A DNA stretch of 62,563 nucleotides from Catajapyx aquilonaris (GCA_000934665.2 JYFJ02002133.1:1-62563), one strand, 5' to 3'; shown: positions 11,895 to 27,100, numbered from the stretch's first letter. Numbers and translations are program-made. The notes: generated by a model not told the origin, from the sequence alone.

Positions 11895-14507
11895 ATCTTC
11901 AAACTTCAACAATTCCTGAGATTTATGTGTAGCAGTCGTAAAAATCCGTTTTGTAACCAAACGCTTAAAATTTTCCACCATTTTTGGCTGCCACCTAGTT
12001 CAGAATAAATGGCGGCGTACACGTGCAAACGCTCATTTTTCTGCCCGCCTCCCTAAGGAAGGCATCTCAAATACAAATCTGTCTGAATGTTTCTGAGCAT
12101 TCCAGCAAGGTGGGGGAATTCTGGCGACCAACCATTTTATGACATGGCGTGAAAATAGTGTGGGGGGAGGTTTTGTAGAGGATGAATTGAGTGGGCCACC
12201 CCCAACCATTCATGTTGACTTTTTCCTTGGGGCAATGACTGTCCCTGTTGTAATGACAGGGGCTTGGAAAAAGCGGGGCAATATGGTGGAAGAAGAGCAG
12301 AAAAAAAAAGAAAATGGGCGCCGTAAAAGTTTTGGCCCCTGAGGCTGCTTGTAAAAATGGGACCGAACAAAAACTCTTGACACAAAGTGGTTGTAGAAAC
12401 CTGCTTACACAAAACAAACCGATACACTTTAGGTGATGCAGGGACCTACCCCAACACTTGTTTCACCAGGGTCTGACCCACATTCCTAAAACATTGCGGT
12501 CCGTGTGACCCAAAGCATTGGCCAGTTTCAGTTTGGTCTTCATGCAGCCAGGATACCAGTTGCTAGGTAAGCTCGTGAATTTTTAGGCCACAGTGTTCAG
12601 TGATGGACCATATCAGTGAAGTGTACAAGGAGACATGATTTTTTTCGAGTGAAATTAGCCTGCATTCACATCACCTAAATTCCTTCATGACCTGCTGAAT
12701 AATGTAACGCATTGTTGTCACCTGACACGCATACTCCAATTGTTCCGCAGGAGCCAACTTGGCATTGTCACTACTGCGAACAGAAATCCGGTAGTCAGCA
12801 CATACGTTTCCTTTTGGCCGCACAGCAGGGCTTCCTAAAATGTGTATAAAAAAGCTAAGAGATTTATCCTGGGTGCTGGCTCCAAGAGCTCTCACGCCAC
12901 AGGAGGGCAAAAGTGACTCCGGTAAGGTCGCGTGGAAGCCCTTCCAACAGGCCCCCCTATGGTACAATCGACACCTTTTGCTAGAATGGGGTGGGCCTCA
13001 TTGTCACCAAAACGGTAGAGGATGCAAAAGAAGGGGTTGGGGGCAAGGTCGCGGTTATGTATTACAAGAACTTACAATGAAAGGCCCCCTTTTGCTCCTT
13101 CCAGCCCATAAAACATTTCACGCCCACTTTTTGGACCAAATTTGCATGCCAATACCCCAATTATTAGGATCGAAGTTCGATACAGTGCCGTTGAGTGGAA
13201 CAGCCACGTGGTCGGATCCCACCAAACTAGTTACACCACTCGCCACTAGGATCGCTCTCCCGGTTCATACAAATTTTTTAAATATATAAAACCAGGCTGA
13301 GCCCGTATTTTCATGACCAAAATGGCGACCCCAATGCCAATGCCGAACTTCAACACTCCAGAGATTGCTTTTGACAAAGTGTTCAAAGCGGTGCAAAGTT
13401 ACACCTTAAAGATTTTGGCGCCTGCGTATTTCCCATCATCCTCTAGCATTCCCAACAGTGCCATTTTCCATTCTATCTCAACTCTAGCTCCCCTCCTTCC
13501 CCTACTTCTCCCCTTTTATTATCGTCCCACCACGCGCAGTCATTACTCGAGAGGTAAAGCCACTAAAGTTGCGGCCCCGACCCCGAACTTACTACTTGAT
13601 GACAAGTTTCCTAAAGCACCCGGCAGCTGCTGCAAAAGGCGACCTGTTGCTTTTCCTCATATTGGAAAAGGAAAAGGGGGGGGGGGGGGGNCTATATAGC
13701 AAGCTATCCTAAGAACTTTGTAAAAAAAAGAGGAAATGATCGCTAATTCCGATTGATTTCCGACGGCTCTATTGATTTCCGTACTTACTTCAGATTTGGA
13801 AGAAAAGTGTATCTTCTCTCGAATTTATCGCCCGGAAATTCCTCCGGGTTCAATTTCGGGTCGGGTTGCCGTATTTCATCTATTTATAGGAAAGAAGAGG
13901 GAAAAAAAGGTAGGGGGGGGGTGGCTAGGAAAAGAGGTGGAAATGTTTCTTGGCTGTAAGCAGCTTCTTTCGCCCACACCTCCCTTGGAAAACGGACACC
14001 TTTTTATTTTAAGAGCAGACCCATTCCATCACCTTCCCTGTTTGCCAGCCAATAGCAAGCCGTCACGCAATTTAGAAGTCGACATATCTCATTTTGTGAC
14101 TAAGATTCATCAACTAGACAACTCCCAATTCGAATCAATTCTACTTGCAAAAAAAATGTACATACGCTTATTTACTTTACATAGCGAAAGTGGTCCTAGA
14201 CTCATTTCAGTGTGGCACAACACCCATCAAGTGATTTAAGCCAACTTTCGCGCAGATTTATGGTCGGAAAAGTAGTCGAGTTAGTCTACACAAGCCATCA
14301 TCTATCTGAAGAGGTAACTCCCCTCTTTCTCCCCCCCCTGCACTCAACCATCAGACTAAAATGCTATATCAGAGTTCAGATGGCCCAATGATCAACAGAA
14401 CTATCCATTTTCTCTTGGCCACTCACCAGGCAATAAATTACAATAAACTTGGAATGGATCCACCGTTTTCCAGGGCGTACATTAGTTGTATTATTGTACT
14501 TGAAACA

Positions 14508-15330
14508 ATTTGGATGCTACTTTAAACGCAATTTTTTCCGCCATATTTGGGGCACCTGTATGTGTTGAATAGGGGTGTTCCAAATTCGTGGGTCGTTTTT
14601 AAATAACTGATATAGCCCGATAGCGTATGTTTTGCTAAATTCGTGGTTCGTTTTTTATAACTGATAACGCCCGGTAATTGTTATTTTTGTAGCTTGTGCC
14701 CCTAATCAGATGCCTCAGTACTCCCAATAGTAGTAAATAATGGATAGGCCTCCTTGGCCCTCTTAGGGGCGTCATCTTTTCGTCAACCATCTTTAATCAT
14801 TGCCTGCCCTGTGATGGATTTTGATAGTGGGAGGAAACCCCAAGAAAACCCACGCGAACACGGAGAGAACCCATCGAAACTCTCACATAAGTATCCTCCG
14901 TCCGACCCGGGGATCGAACTCGGGACCTCTGAGGTGGAAGGCTGCGGCGCTAACCACTCCGCCACCGTGTCGCCCAGGGGGTGGAATATAGCAGTTGCTA
15001 TAGAATGGGGCAGCTGGTTAGGGGCACAACAAGCGACAAAATAACTAAGTTATTATCGGGCGATATCAGTTTAAAAAACGACCCACGAATTTGGAACACC
15101 TTGTATATTCAACACGTGTAGGTGTCTCCCAAATATGGCGGAAAAAATCGCGTTTAAAGGGGCGTCCAAATATAAGGTGATAGCAGTTATCTAATAAACT
15201 ACCCACGAATTTGGAACACCTGTATATTTAACACGTGCAGGTGTCCCAAATATGTCGGAAAAAACCCGTTTAAAATAGCATCCAAATATCAGGTGATAGC
15301 AGTTGGAATTTGGAACACCCTGTATATCGT
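14508..15330. mobile_element. Foldback/MITE-like element with long inverted arms and tandem arm copies
   Basis: 14508-14725 is the imperfect reverse complement of ~15000-15171 (e.g. ccaaattcgtgggtcgttttt vs aaaaacgacccacgaatttgg). Further arm copies lie at 15172-15330, ending caccctgTA. Confidence 0.75.
14728..14975 (-). mobile_element. tRNA-derived SINE with V-domain-like central region
   Basis: Minus strand A-box TGGCGGAGTGG, B-box GAGTTCGATCCC, then tgtgagagtttcgatgggttctctccgtgttcgcgtgggttttc...ggtttcctcccact resembling the V-SINE domain. Short TTA/CTA tail. Confidence 0.8.
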
Positions 15331-16775
15331 GGACATACAGGAAAAATCCGCTAAAGCAGATTTTAGGTTTTTTAAAACACTATTATGCAGATTTTTTCTG
15401 GTCAATCACCCGTTGATTCATAATGAGCCAGCAATATTTTCTGGTCTCGAATCTAATTTTTTGAACAAAGTGTTCAAGATTTGCTTTTAAAAATACTATA
15501 CATTTTAGCTCTGTAAGTCACACCTTCCCCTAGACACCATCTATAATTACTAGACCTTGCAGCAGCATTGATAGCACCGTAGGGGGGGACGGAGGCAGAT
15601 TTTTCATGCGGCAACAATGCGTGTCACAATCAATCACTGCTCCCCCGTCACGATTCTTTTTCCCGCTTTCCTACACATGAATCCATGTCCGTTCTCCTAC
15701 GCTACGGATTCATTCGGTTGGAAAAATGCAGCATAGGCAAAACGTTAAATTTGTGAGCAGAATTATTGCCTTCCCCACCCCCACCCCCCATCCCGCCATT
15801 TTAAAATGGTCATGGAAGGCACTTTTCAAACTATTGATTTCGCCCACCCCCGCAAAACTTGGCCTGCTTGCATTACTAATGTCAACACTTCCTTTCCNNN
15901 NAAGCTTTTAATAACACAGCACAATGTGCGTGAGAAAAACTCCAGCCGCTAGTAACAATGCACCCTCCGGTAATTACTCTCTATCTCACTCAACAATAGC
16001 AATTCTGACATGCTACCCGAGCCGGCTGGAAAATTACCATCGTCCTCTGAAAAGTCCAGGAAAAATAGGAACCATTTTTATCCCCTCACGGAACACTTTT
16101 TTAAATGTGTGGGGGAGCGGTAAGCAGCGCGGTCCTTAGGCGCGGAGAATACTCGAACTGCTTGGGGGAGAAGTGCTCGATGGAGTCGGCCTCTTACGGC
16201 CAAGATGTGGACTTGGTGGGGAAGTAAGGACGGTTTAGGAGGTGGGGTACGGACTACGGGGTGCAAATCCCAGGCAATCACTGCGGCGGTTAAGATATCG
16301 CTTGTGTTGCGAGGTCGTTACTGGAGGGGGGGAGGTGGAGGAGCTGGGAGATGGGGAGTATGGATAGAGCGGTCATCGATCCTCCGGCTCGGGTGGGCTG
16401 GGTGTTTTAGAAAGGGGCAGTCTAGGGTTGGTGGATTTGTTTTTTTTGGCGAGGGAAGAATTTTGGATATTTTTTTTGTGACACTAATTGTAGCGACTAA
16501 GAATGTCACGATGTTCACAAACCACGTTTTTTTCCCGAATTATAAAGTGCATAGTTGGTCAAAAATGTGTAGGACGTAATTCTGTTAACCACCACCGGTG
16601 GCACTGCCATTGCTACTAGTAGTACCAACCGAAAATAAACAGACTAAATTCAAAAATATTAGCTGCAAATATTAGTTTAATATCTTACCCCGTTATCAGC
16701 CTTTTTTCGGCTCTTTAGGGGGAATTTTTTGTTTTGTCTGGAACTCTTGCTTACATGTTTACATTTTGCTTTTTG

Positions 16776-16876
16776 GGATAGGATAGGGAAGGAAGGAGGC
16801 GGCTGTGGCCTTTTAAATTAGGAAGCAACCCCGGAATTCTCCTGGAGGGACAGTGGGAAAACACAGAAAACCACGG
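16776..16876 (-). mobile_element. Probable SINE body fragment
   Basis: ggaaggaggcggctgtggcc...cccggaattctcctggagggacagtgggaaaacacagaaaacc resembles the reverse complement of a common arthropod SINE body. No head visible. Recognised from memory only. Confidence 0.4.
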
Positions 16877-19800
16877 TTATATTAGTTTAATTAAATCTAT
16901 CCAAGCTGTGAATTGAACACTTCCGGTTTGAATCGCTGAATCCATTTTTGCAATCCCACTTGCAGGATTTAAATATTATTGCTAAACGCAGCTGATACTT
17001 TTGATAGCCATTAAAAGTAGCTGCTTAAAATTAACTTAGCCATAAAATCACTAACCACTATGGATATTTCAGTTGGACACCCTGTATAATGCAACAAGTG
17101 CTATATACAGGTTGAGCCATTTCCCATGGTAACATTGGGAACTGGGAGTATAATAAATAAATAAATCACTGCCCATGCTCCCAGTTAACGGGAAGAATTT
17201 ATAGATTGTTTAATCCAGCAACAAATATGAGAAGCAAAAACACCGACAAGTGAAAGTGTGCTTGGACCATCGCTTCTCAACTGGTTGCTGGGCCAAACAA
17301 TCCATAATTTCTTTCATGGGCGTGAAGCAAAACATATCCGGCCTAATTACATATTAATTTTTTGACAAAACTATCCCACAATTAATAACAATCCGGCCGG
17401 ATTTTTAATGATGAGCTAGGTAATTCCAGCCCTTAGTAAACGAGTGTTTAGACGTAACTAAGATGTAAATATGCGATGAATGCTTTGTTTGGGGGTGGTT
17501 GGCACGAACTGACTAATGTAGCGACCGATTACAATCAACTTCTGCGGTGGAAATGGAGCATTGGCACGTATACGGTTACAGCTTGTTACTATTCAGGATG
17601 GGAACCAGCATGAAAGGTCCCCGCTTGTAAAATAACAATTAATGGCGCGTTATGAGCCAAGTGGCTTCTGCACACGTATTCAAGCGCCCAATGCTTTTTA
17701 TCTGAATGGTCCGGGTCTGAGTTTACGTCACCGTAATTGCCACTTGTTCATCCGAGAGAGTACACTGAACCTGACTCATTGTTGCCAGATATAATGAATG
17801 GTGAACCCGTCAGCCCGTCACGTAAAGGTGACACGTGACAGAAGCAATCAGTGGAGATATGTTGCTAGGGTGGATGAATCCTCATCTGTATTTTCTTTTC
17901 AAGTTTCCCCCCGCTTAGACAATTGCCCCAGGACTCCCTTTGTTTATACGCCTTTCAGGCCACCGGCAGAGGTAATGGATTTCCTCACTTGGAAACCTTA
18001 AGCGCAGGAAAGATGGAAAGACGATTGCTCATATTCATCACTGCAGTGGGGAGCTATTGTTACACTTAATGGATTGGGCTCCCCCACCATCTTCCTCCCC
18101 ATAGGCAGCCATCTTCTGCATTCATGATTTTCAATCTCTTTGCCTCAGATTTACGGGTACACACCTGACTATACGTTAAGGACCGGTGTAAACACGGTTG
18201 GTGTCGGATTGATGCAGTGGACACTAGCCTTGAGGTCGTGAGGACAATTTTGAGGAGGGTTGGGTGGGCGGATGGCTGGGAGAGAGGCATCCAAATCTGC
18301 GAAGGGGCCACGCGCCATGCAAGGCTGATGAGACCGGGGGCTAAAGCAGCCAGATTGGCTCGGGGCCAGCTACCAATGGGGAGCTTGCTTAGGGGGGAGG
18401 ACACTGCAAAGGGGAAAGGGCAAAGGGGTTTGTCAGAGACAGACACCATAGTCCCCATCCACCCACCCTCGCTCAGGTCCAACGGGACACGACACAGTCT
18501 AATGGCCCGCTTCCTAACGCCCACTACTCATCATATAGTGCGCACAGGATAAAACTATTCAGCTTCACAATAATCAGCTGGAGTGTCACCACGCAAATAA
18601 TGAAAGACACCATTTCAAATCAAGACTAATTTATGGCATTGATCACTATCATTGCCACTTATAAGCAGGGTGTGCCATTCGTATAGTGGTTCTCAAATAT
18701 TTTATCATGATATTTTATCATACTGTAATTCAATATGGCGTATACTCCACTTGTGATAACATGTCCTGACAGTACGCACACAAAAACTAAGAGCGGAATG
18801 TGACATTCGTAGGCATGTGAAAATATGGCTGCACATGTGCCATAACACAGAGTGAGTGACAGTCGTGCCTGCGTTGAACAAGTTCTTTCCATATTCAGGG
18901 TATAGAAATAGGAGGCAACTGTAGTAGTTACTTTGTTTGTGACAAGTTGCCCACAGCTCATATGGCAATGGAAGGTGTAAGGGTGAAATTTGTAATAAAT
19001 CTTTGAGAATTGTGCGCTGAAACTGAAGGTACGACCACACCCTGTTGGATTGCGCCGTGACTATAGAAGGCATTAGTTTACTAATACAAATAAATATCTG
19101 ACAGCTAATCTCAATATCGTTTAGGAGTGATATATCTGACACGGTCAAGTATGTCACACATGCGCAAAAATTAAATGATGCAATGCAAGAAAAAGCTAAA
19201 CCCATACATTGTGTTTCAATGTAAGTTGCTTAAAATTTTAACAATTAAAAAAATGTTAAGGAAAGAAACTTCTGCGTACCGTCCATAACCATCAGTATAG
19301 CTTCATCTTCTGAGCAACAATCACGACTTGACCCGTAACACAGTCGAATGTTCAAAGCGTACTTCCTTTCTTGCTCTGGTGCAGAAACCTGTAGTACACC
19401 ACCACAGCAGCCTGCCACGCTCAGTTAACTATTTGAGCCCACTACCGGCATGCAAATGATGCAGATTTAATCAGTACAAAAATTCCACCGACTCATACGC
19501 AAACAAATGAGAAATGGAATGTTTACGATTCCCTCTACATAGCATAGTCACGATGCCTGCATTCACGTAACTGATGATAAAATAGCCTGAAGCAGCACAA
19601 CAACAATGAAAAAAATCTTCCACGATGTCAATCATAACATGCATGTTGTGATAATATTTTTCTCAGGACGACAAATAAAATAATAACATATGCCATAGAT
19701 TCGCCGGGTTACGAGACAATATCGGATGTGAATACAATATAATACAAATGGCCCGACTATAAAATAATCTCGTTGAATTTAAGTCAGTTAGTAAGGTCAG

Positions 19801-20918
19801 AACAGGATGACTTTTCCATGTGTTGTACCACATTCTATATCAATGTCATGGGGACTATAACTGCTATCTTGCACTCGCTTCACTAAGCTCCTGCCGCCGT
19901 CCGCGTGGCATTTCCCACTTCATTTCCTGTAGCACAGCTTCGCAGAGCCTATAAATTATGAAACTATTTTTGGAGATGTAATTATGACATGCTCATCACC
20001 TGTGAACGTGTTTGTCCGTGAACGTGAGTCATTGCATGGAGAAAAGAAGACTGATATTTTAAGTGTTACAGTTTTAGTCTATAACAAGAATAACGAACGA
20101 TTCAGCCAACAGTCAGCATTCAAAATTCGGACAGATAGTCTAACTTTTTATAGTTGCAAAAAGCAATTATTCACAGAGAAATTTATCTAACACTATTGAA
20201 TGTCGGCTGACGTGGTTTTCTTGTAGTGTTCCCGTTTCCTCTCATCATCATTTAGGCCATTTAGTCCTAAGTACCTATATAGGGGGCCCCAGGCCTACCA
20301 CACGGTGTTCAATTACCATTCAAAAATTATTGTTATTATTAATGTATATTAACCTGCATATTACACTAATTAATCAGCATATTAAATTATTTATGACAAA
20401 TTTTGCATCAGTAAAATATTTCTTTAGCTCTCTATAATCAATTGTAAATGTTTTTCTTGACCAATCCAAGTACTTGAGATGATTATACTTACCGTATAGC
20501 ACTCTGCGACAGGAATTAGAGGCCATATATTAGAATAAAATTGAAAACTGTCTGCACACGCAATATAATCTCTTATTTTCCCTTATGAAAGCTTCACATT
20601 TACAACCGCACTGCATGAACCTGCCGATTACACAAGCGGATGCTTCACATGAATGCTATAGGACACAAAAGGTGTTGAGAAACATTTTAAAATATGGTGT
20701 GTAAAATTTCAATCGATAATATATGTATAAGCAACAGCAACAACTATTGCATTTAGAAGCATGCGATAATATTGATATATTATATTATTTGGTCCATTCC
20801 AAACTGCAGTAAACAAGAAGGAACGGAATTTACTTGACTTTTCAATTTTCATATAATTTCTCAGCTGTGCGTGTGGAAATCCCGAGTATATACGTTCCTT
20901 ACTCGAAGTTGGAGGGAG

Positions 20919-21140
20919 GCGGAGTCTGTGGTCCTGCGGTAACGCACACGCCCACGGATTGTTAAGGTCCCGGGTTCGATCCCAGCCCGGGGACACCCCC
21001 TTCACCTCGTGCAGAGTTCCGGGTCGTTCTCTGACTTCGTCTTGGGTGGTATTTCCGTTAAGATTAACCACCCGGGGGAGTTCACAAAATAACCACAGCA
21101 TCAGATGCACCTCACCTTGCACATCCCCTCCTGTCATCCT
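20919..21140 (+). mobile_element. tRNA-derived SINE
   Basis: A-box-like TGGTCCTGCGG (~20929) and B-box GGTTCGATCCC (20973), in a GC-rich block within AT-rich DNA. 3' end approximate. Confidence 0.65.
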
Positions 21141-24100
21141 GCCCGTATATGCCTATAGTGATGCTAGACGGATATTTTCTGATGATCAAGTCAGCATACT
21201 GATTATTAAAAAATGCAGCATTCCGGATAAATTATTTTTTGAAACATCAATCGTCAAAATATCAAACCCTCATAACTACTTCCAAACAGTCCAATGTGAC
21301 TCAATTATCAGTTCATGTCTCGTCGGAAGCCGGACAGTTTTTTCCTTCCAAAACTATTTAACGCCACATAGCAGGTTTTTGCTCTCAATTTCATTTACAT
21401 ACCGCAACAATTTCACGCTCCTGCACTTATCCTCGAAATTCTTTCCATTGGAATTATAGGTTACGGTTAAGCGCACTTCCTGATCAATTTTCACCGCCAT
21501 TTAGATCAAAGTATCATGCGTTAATTTATGCGGTGTCAAGTTGTAACTCTTATAACCGTTACGGCCTCTAAAACTATATTAAAAGTTAGTTGATACATTT
21601 TTTTAAAATCCAGAATAAATTAGCAGTCCTAATGCGACTCCGACACACTACAACTGATCTGAATAATTCAACTATTGACCCATCCCAAAAAACCAGTCTC
21701 GACTCCGTGTACTCAAATTGAGAACACTAAGGTTTATTTTCAATTCAAGATTGCATATAGGCATCTCTGCCAAATGCAAACAAAGAAAAGTCGTCGCTGT
21801 TGGAACAAAAAAACAGCCTAAGTGCAATCTGAAAAGATGTGCTGATGCCAAGGTCAGGAAGTTTGAGGCCTCGGATTCCCTAGCGAACGTGGCCCAGAGG
21901 AGAAACGAGCGTGGCCAGGGCCTTTACAGGTCGTGCCTTGACAGCCGGAACGTTATGCATACAAATCATCGCCATAACAGGCCTAACTTGGCACCCCCAC
22001 CCCCCCAAATCCACCTTCTTCTTGCTAACTCTCCACCTGCAACTTCTGTCTCCAACAAAGATCCCATGTATTCGAAGCCAAAGAAAACTATCCTTCACAA
22101 ACCCATTATGTACTAAGTAAACTAGGCTTGTTAGCCAAAAAATATGGCCGTCCTTAAGTAGTATCGGGCACAAAGCATCCCGACACTTTGACGCTAGCCA
22201 TAAATAGTTTTTTTTAGATAAGTTTCAAGAACTAGTTGGCAACCAAAAATAACAAGCCCCCCAAAAAATCTTAAGAGTGCTGAGTCATAATCAATCCCCA
22301 GCTCTCCAAATGGCGGCTGCCACAAAGGGCGATTTCGGTGTGGCAGACATGCGCAGACAATAATCGGTCGACGCGAGCCAAAATTGCGGGGCCCGGATGT
22401 AGCAATGGCAGCTTTATCATGGCCGCTCTGGAAATAGCGCCTCTTGTGGATTCACTTTGTGCGAGGTGCCGACAGAATCATTAGGTCTAGATGTGAACAA
22501 ATTTATACCCGCGCTATAAGAAACGCACCCTGCCCGGTAATGAAGAAATTACACGCAAACCTTGGAATTACAATCATTTTAAACCACTAGGTGTCATCCA
22601 AGTACTACTTATGCTCAAAATGAAAAATTGTGTCAAAATTAGTTCTAACGTCCAATTTGACACCGGTACTAATAGACAGGTAAGTGTAAAAGTGGGCCAG
22701 CTTAATTTTAGGCCCAAGTTGAGGCCAAGTTGAGTCGATATAAATAATCAGTGCGCCATGTTGGAGGAGGGGCCGTCCGTCCCCGTCCTTTTGAAAAGGG
22801 TCCTGAAAAGGGACCTTGGGACCACCAATAGGACCCACCAAAAAATTCCTTCTCGGACAGGTCGGCCATTAGTATTCGGTTCGCACCTCCCAGAAAAAAA
22901 CCTCACTATTTTATTTTCTCTTGTTGTGTCCCCCCNCCCCCCCCCCCCAAACACACGCTGCTTAATTACCGTTACATGCTCATCAGGTCAAATACCTAAC
23001 ATGCGGACGACTATCTCTACCCGCTATCACTGCCACTTCCATGCCAACAAGCAATAGACTCGTGTTTGTCCACACCCAGAGTCTTTTATCTAAAGTCCGA
23101 GATAATTAGGTAGTTTGCCAGTAGACGACTGATGTTCCAACACCTATATAGGTTCTACCTTTAGGTTTTTGAATTATTTAAATATTCGTTTTGCCCACAC
23201 TTATTCCGCCTCTCTCGGCGCAATTTAGTATTCATCTATCGAGTCCCCCTTTGGCCTTGCTCTCTTACATCACCGCGGTGCAAAATTAACATTCGGGAAC
23301 TTAGAAACCATAAATTCGTTTACGGTTGTAGGCATGGCTCGTAGGCTCAATCTGCAACCCAAATTTCGCATGCGAAATAAGGCCAAAGATGTTCCCAGGC
23401 AAGCTTGAAAAATATTCAAATTGAAATCTAATTAAGCAGCATTAAACGAGCCCATTGCATATTAGAGATTGGTCCCAAAGGTGATACTGGAACATCCCTT
23501 TTCAACGCCAAGAAATATTTAGGTTGGGTGTTTTTTTTAGGAGGGGGGCATCGTGACGTGGCCGCAAGGTATCGATCTGGCCAAGTTTATTCCCGTGATA
23601 ATACCGCCTTTCCTGCAGCCTCAAACCTAATCGCCAAGATCGCCTGGAAAAAACTGGAAGGTACAAAAAAAAGGACTGGACTTGCAATCGCTCCAGATAA
23701 ATCCGTTAGGAAAGCGACGGCAGGAACAGCATCAACTTGCAACAAAGAAATTCGGATCTAGCACACTGTTTTAAGTCGAACATGAGCTTCTAAATTGTTC
23801 GTTTCCTGGTATTGACTCGGGTAAATATAATGATAATATCGTATTAATTATGAAATTATTTAAAAACCGGAAAATTTGAACTCGTACAATAATTTTCATT
23901 ATGTAGGGCTAGTCGTGCTAAATGTAATAATGTGCAATTTTATATTTGCCTGGTTATAGCATGGAATTTTTATAGCATGGAATAAGCCTATTCATCATGT
24001 TTTTATTGTCAAGATTATATCAGTGACTTGCCTCAACAACTAATGATGGAAAAAAATTACAGGTGTTCTTTGGTATACTGTAGTGTTATTATTGCGTTTG

Positions 24101-27100
24101 ACATGATTACACCAGGCTTGTCTTGTTTTCTTGTTTTTTCATTCCCCTTCCCCCTTTTTTGCGTTTTGCATGGGATATGATATAATGAGTTATTGTTATG
24201 CATATGATATACACTATTGTAGTAGCCTATCGGCCTGTAGCCTATATATAGGAACGTGTCGGAAAAACAACTAAACAATCCCTCCGATACATCGCAATGA
24301 GCATAATAATAGAATGTCTATGATGCTCATATTATTATATTCCATTTCGGTGACATAGTCCTCCAATGCACACGTTCCAATTTTTTAAACAATGATATAA
24401 AATAAATAACTAAAGCAATGAATTCAGTCTTCACACATTAGGCATACTCCTTGAATAACATCGTGACTTCACATTTACAGCACTTTTAGTAATAGCCTAA
24501 TATGGAGCATAAAATGTTTATAAAAAGAATGACCCATAAATGTATAGGCTAACTTGAGTGTTCTATTATATTTACAAGGTTAATAATTGACTCCACCCTT
24601 TTCAATCCAAAGGCGGAATAGTGTAGCACGCACAGTCTATCTCGCTGGGCGTGGAGACAGAAAGGGGAGGAGTCGGCAGTTGGCAAGAATGCTTAGTAAG
24701 CGCATTATTACGATTGTTTCCAAACTCACAATACCCTTATGAAAAGCATAATTGAAAAGCTTATTACGAAAAAAAATACTGCTGTAGTAACACATATCAA
24801 TCAGGATATTTCGTTTCGTTTATGAATTCTCTGGAATGAACTTACTCGTACATACAATCAAATTGTAACCAGCATGGAATTATACAGTATTTTGTTCACG
24901 CAATCATTGCGCTATTGTTAAAATCATGGCGCGACATTTTCCCAGTATGTTAAAACCTATTAAATATTTATCAGTAATTGAATGTGTGTTATTCCACATC
25001 ATAATAACAATAAACTGTACTGATAAACAAAATCTTGACAAAACAACACGAAAAACTAAACAAGGCACAGATTCTTTATGCGGAATTTCAACAACATAAT
25101 GGGCAAGTGCCAAAATGACGCTCTGCCGATAAAAATACATTGTCATTCTCACACTGTGCTCCTCTATCCCGGCATTTTAAGCCAGGCCAAATTTTGAAAG
25201 CCATCTGGCTGTAGAAGAATGAACGCTATGATGACCTTAAGAGATATGTAAAGAAACTTCGCCATAATGCCAGAAAGACGGGAAGTTCTCTATATCAATA
25301 TCTTACTTTGTACCATCTTGGCACTGGCTCAATTACAGAGAAATATCCAGAATTACTCGAAAATGCCGTGTATGACTTCATTATTATTAGTATCAGCATT
25401 ATATGCAAATAGGAAAAACCTCATCCTTGTATAATTCCAAAAATATTGGTGTCAAAATAAGTAAGCTGGTAGTAGTTGTAATTGCTTCGAATTTAACATC
25501 AACACTTTGAATATATAAAAATTGAGATTCTGAAGGAGGGTTCAGTAAATTTTTCCACCCTTAAACTAGCGAAAAAGAAGACTAAGAAAAAAACTATTGT
25601 GATTATATGGCCTTATATAAGTACAGACTATTACTGGATGTAATTTTCTAACTACAAATTTCAAATTCATAGAGAAGCTACTCAACTATTAGTGCGAATA
25701 ACTATTAAAGTATATTATTTTATGCAAGCCTGGCGGGATTCATTTAAAACCTACAGAACAAATTAAAATTTGTTACTATAAAATAGCGCAAAAATATTTT
25801 GCTATTCAACTACTATCGCAGTGACTCCAGTCCTAATGCAGTTAATTATGGTCCCCTCATAAATCTCAAAGCGATGAAGCTTTTATTTCCAAATTTAATG
25901 ATGCATATAAGGGTTGACATTCTTCTAAAATAGAATGCTCTCCACCGTTAACAGCTATCAAATATCGCCAACACATTTTTAGTCAAATTAATACTACATA
26001 ATTATCAGCATGCACCGTGACGTCGGCTATAAATAATATTCATATCCTTTACAGCCTGTAAGTGCCAATCACAAAATTCCACAACCCATAATAATTACAA
26101 CTCCAGGTCAAACACAGCCTCAAACATGCCCTCCGCCAAAAATATCCCGCAATAATTTAAAAATGCAGGCACCATAATTCAACCCCGTTTTTCCCACATG
26201 TGCAAGCCGCACTTATCCCCTAAAAATCGTCTTCATGGGAAAGAAAGACGCCTTTTAAAAAACGTAGAAAAAAGGAGGGGAGGAAAATTTAGGTCGAACG
26301 GTTGCCAGTTGGGGGGAAACAAACAAAGAATAGGGGGCGAGCAGTCGCCATTTTGATGGAGAGTCTGAGCTCCCCTCCCGGCTCAGCTATCGAATTTAGG
26401 GCCAAACGCCGCCAGATCGCTTTGGAAATTTCTAGCATCTATCACCCGGGGGCCAAGGGAGGACGATCCGAAGAAGAAACTCCTAGAGAATCAACGAAAC
26501 CGGATTTTTGCAACACACTATTTCTAACTCAGCCAAATATGTCAGTAAATATTTTATCAGCCGTTTAGCCAAATTATCTTTATTACGTGTGTATGGACAC
26601 CTTCATAAGGGTCTGATTGTCCCAGGGTGGTATTGTTAGAAAAGGTGCGGTGTTGTATAGGGAGGTAAGGTATACATGGGGAGTGGAGGCTTAATAGCAG
26701 TGGTGATAAATTTTATTACCTCGTTTGACCGGGGCCATCGGGGGTTCACGCAGAAGTGGAAACTTGCCACCCTAGGGTGATTTAGATTCTAGCAGCTCCA
26801 CTAGGCCAGTAAGCACAAGGACGACCGGGGTAGGGGCTGTGTTTTAGGCCCCTTCGTTCCGGATGGACTCATTACAGGCCTGGACCAGATTGCAGATAAC
26901 AAGGCGCGATTAGAGATGATAAGTTCATCTAGAACCCCGCTTTATTTCCTTTTAAAGCAAACGTTTTTTAATACACGTTCATTACTGGACACAAACCTGG
27001 AATTTACTAGTATTTACAACACTTGTTTTTGTGGGTGCGTGGTTACGACTTTTTTGGGATGACTTTATTGGGGTATAATCTGAGTGACATGGCGGAAGAT

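Noticed and set aside
25215..25412. Start-less open frame with KYPELL, reminiscent of a hAT dimerisation domain
   Set aside because: Resemblance too slight to support without a profile (HMMER/Pfam) search.
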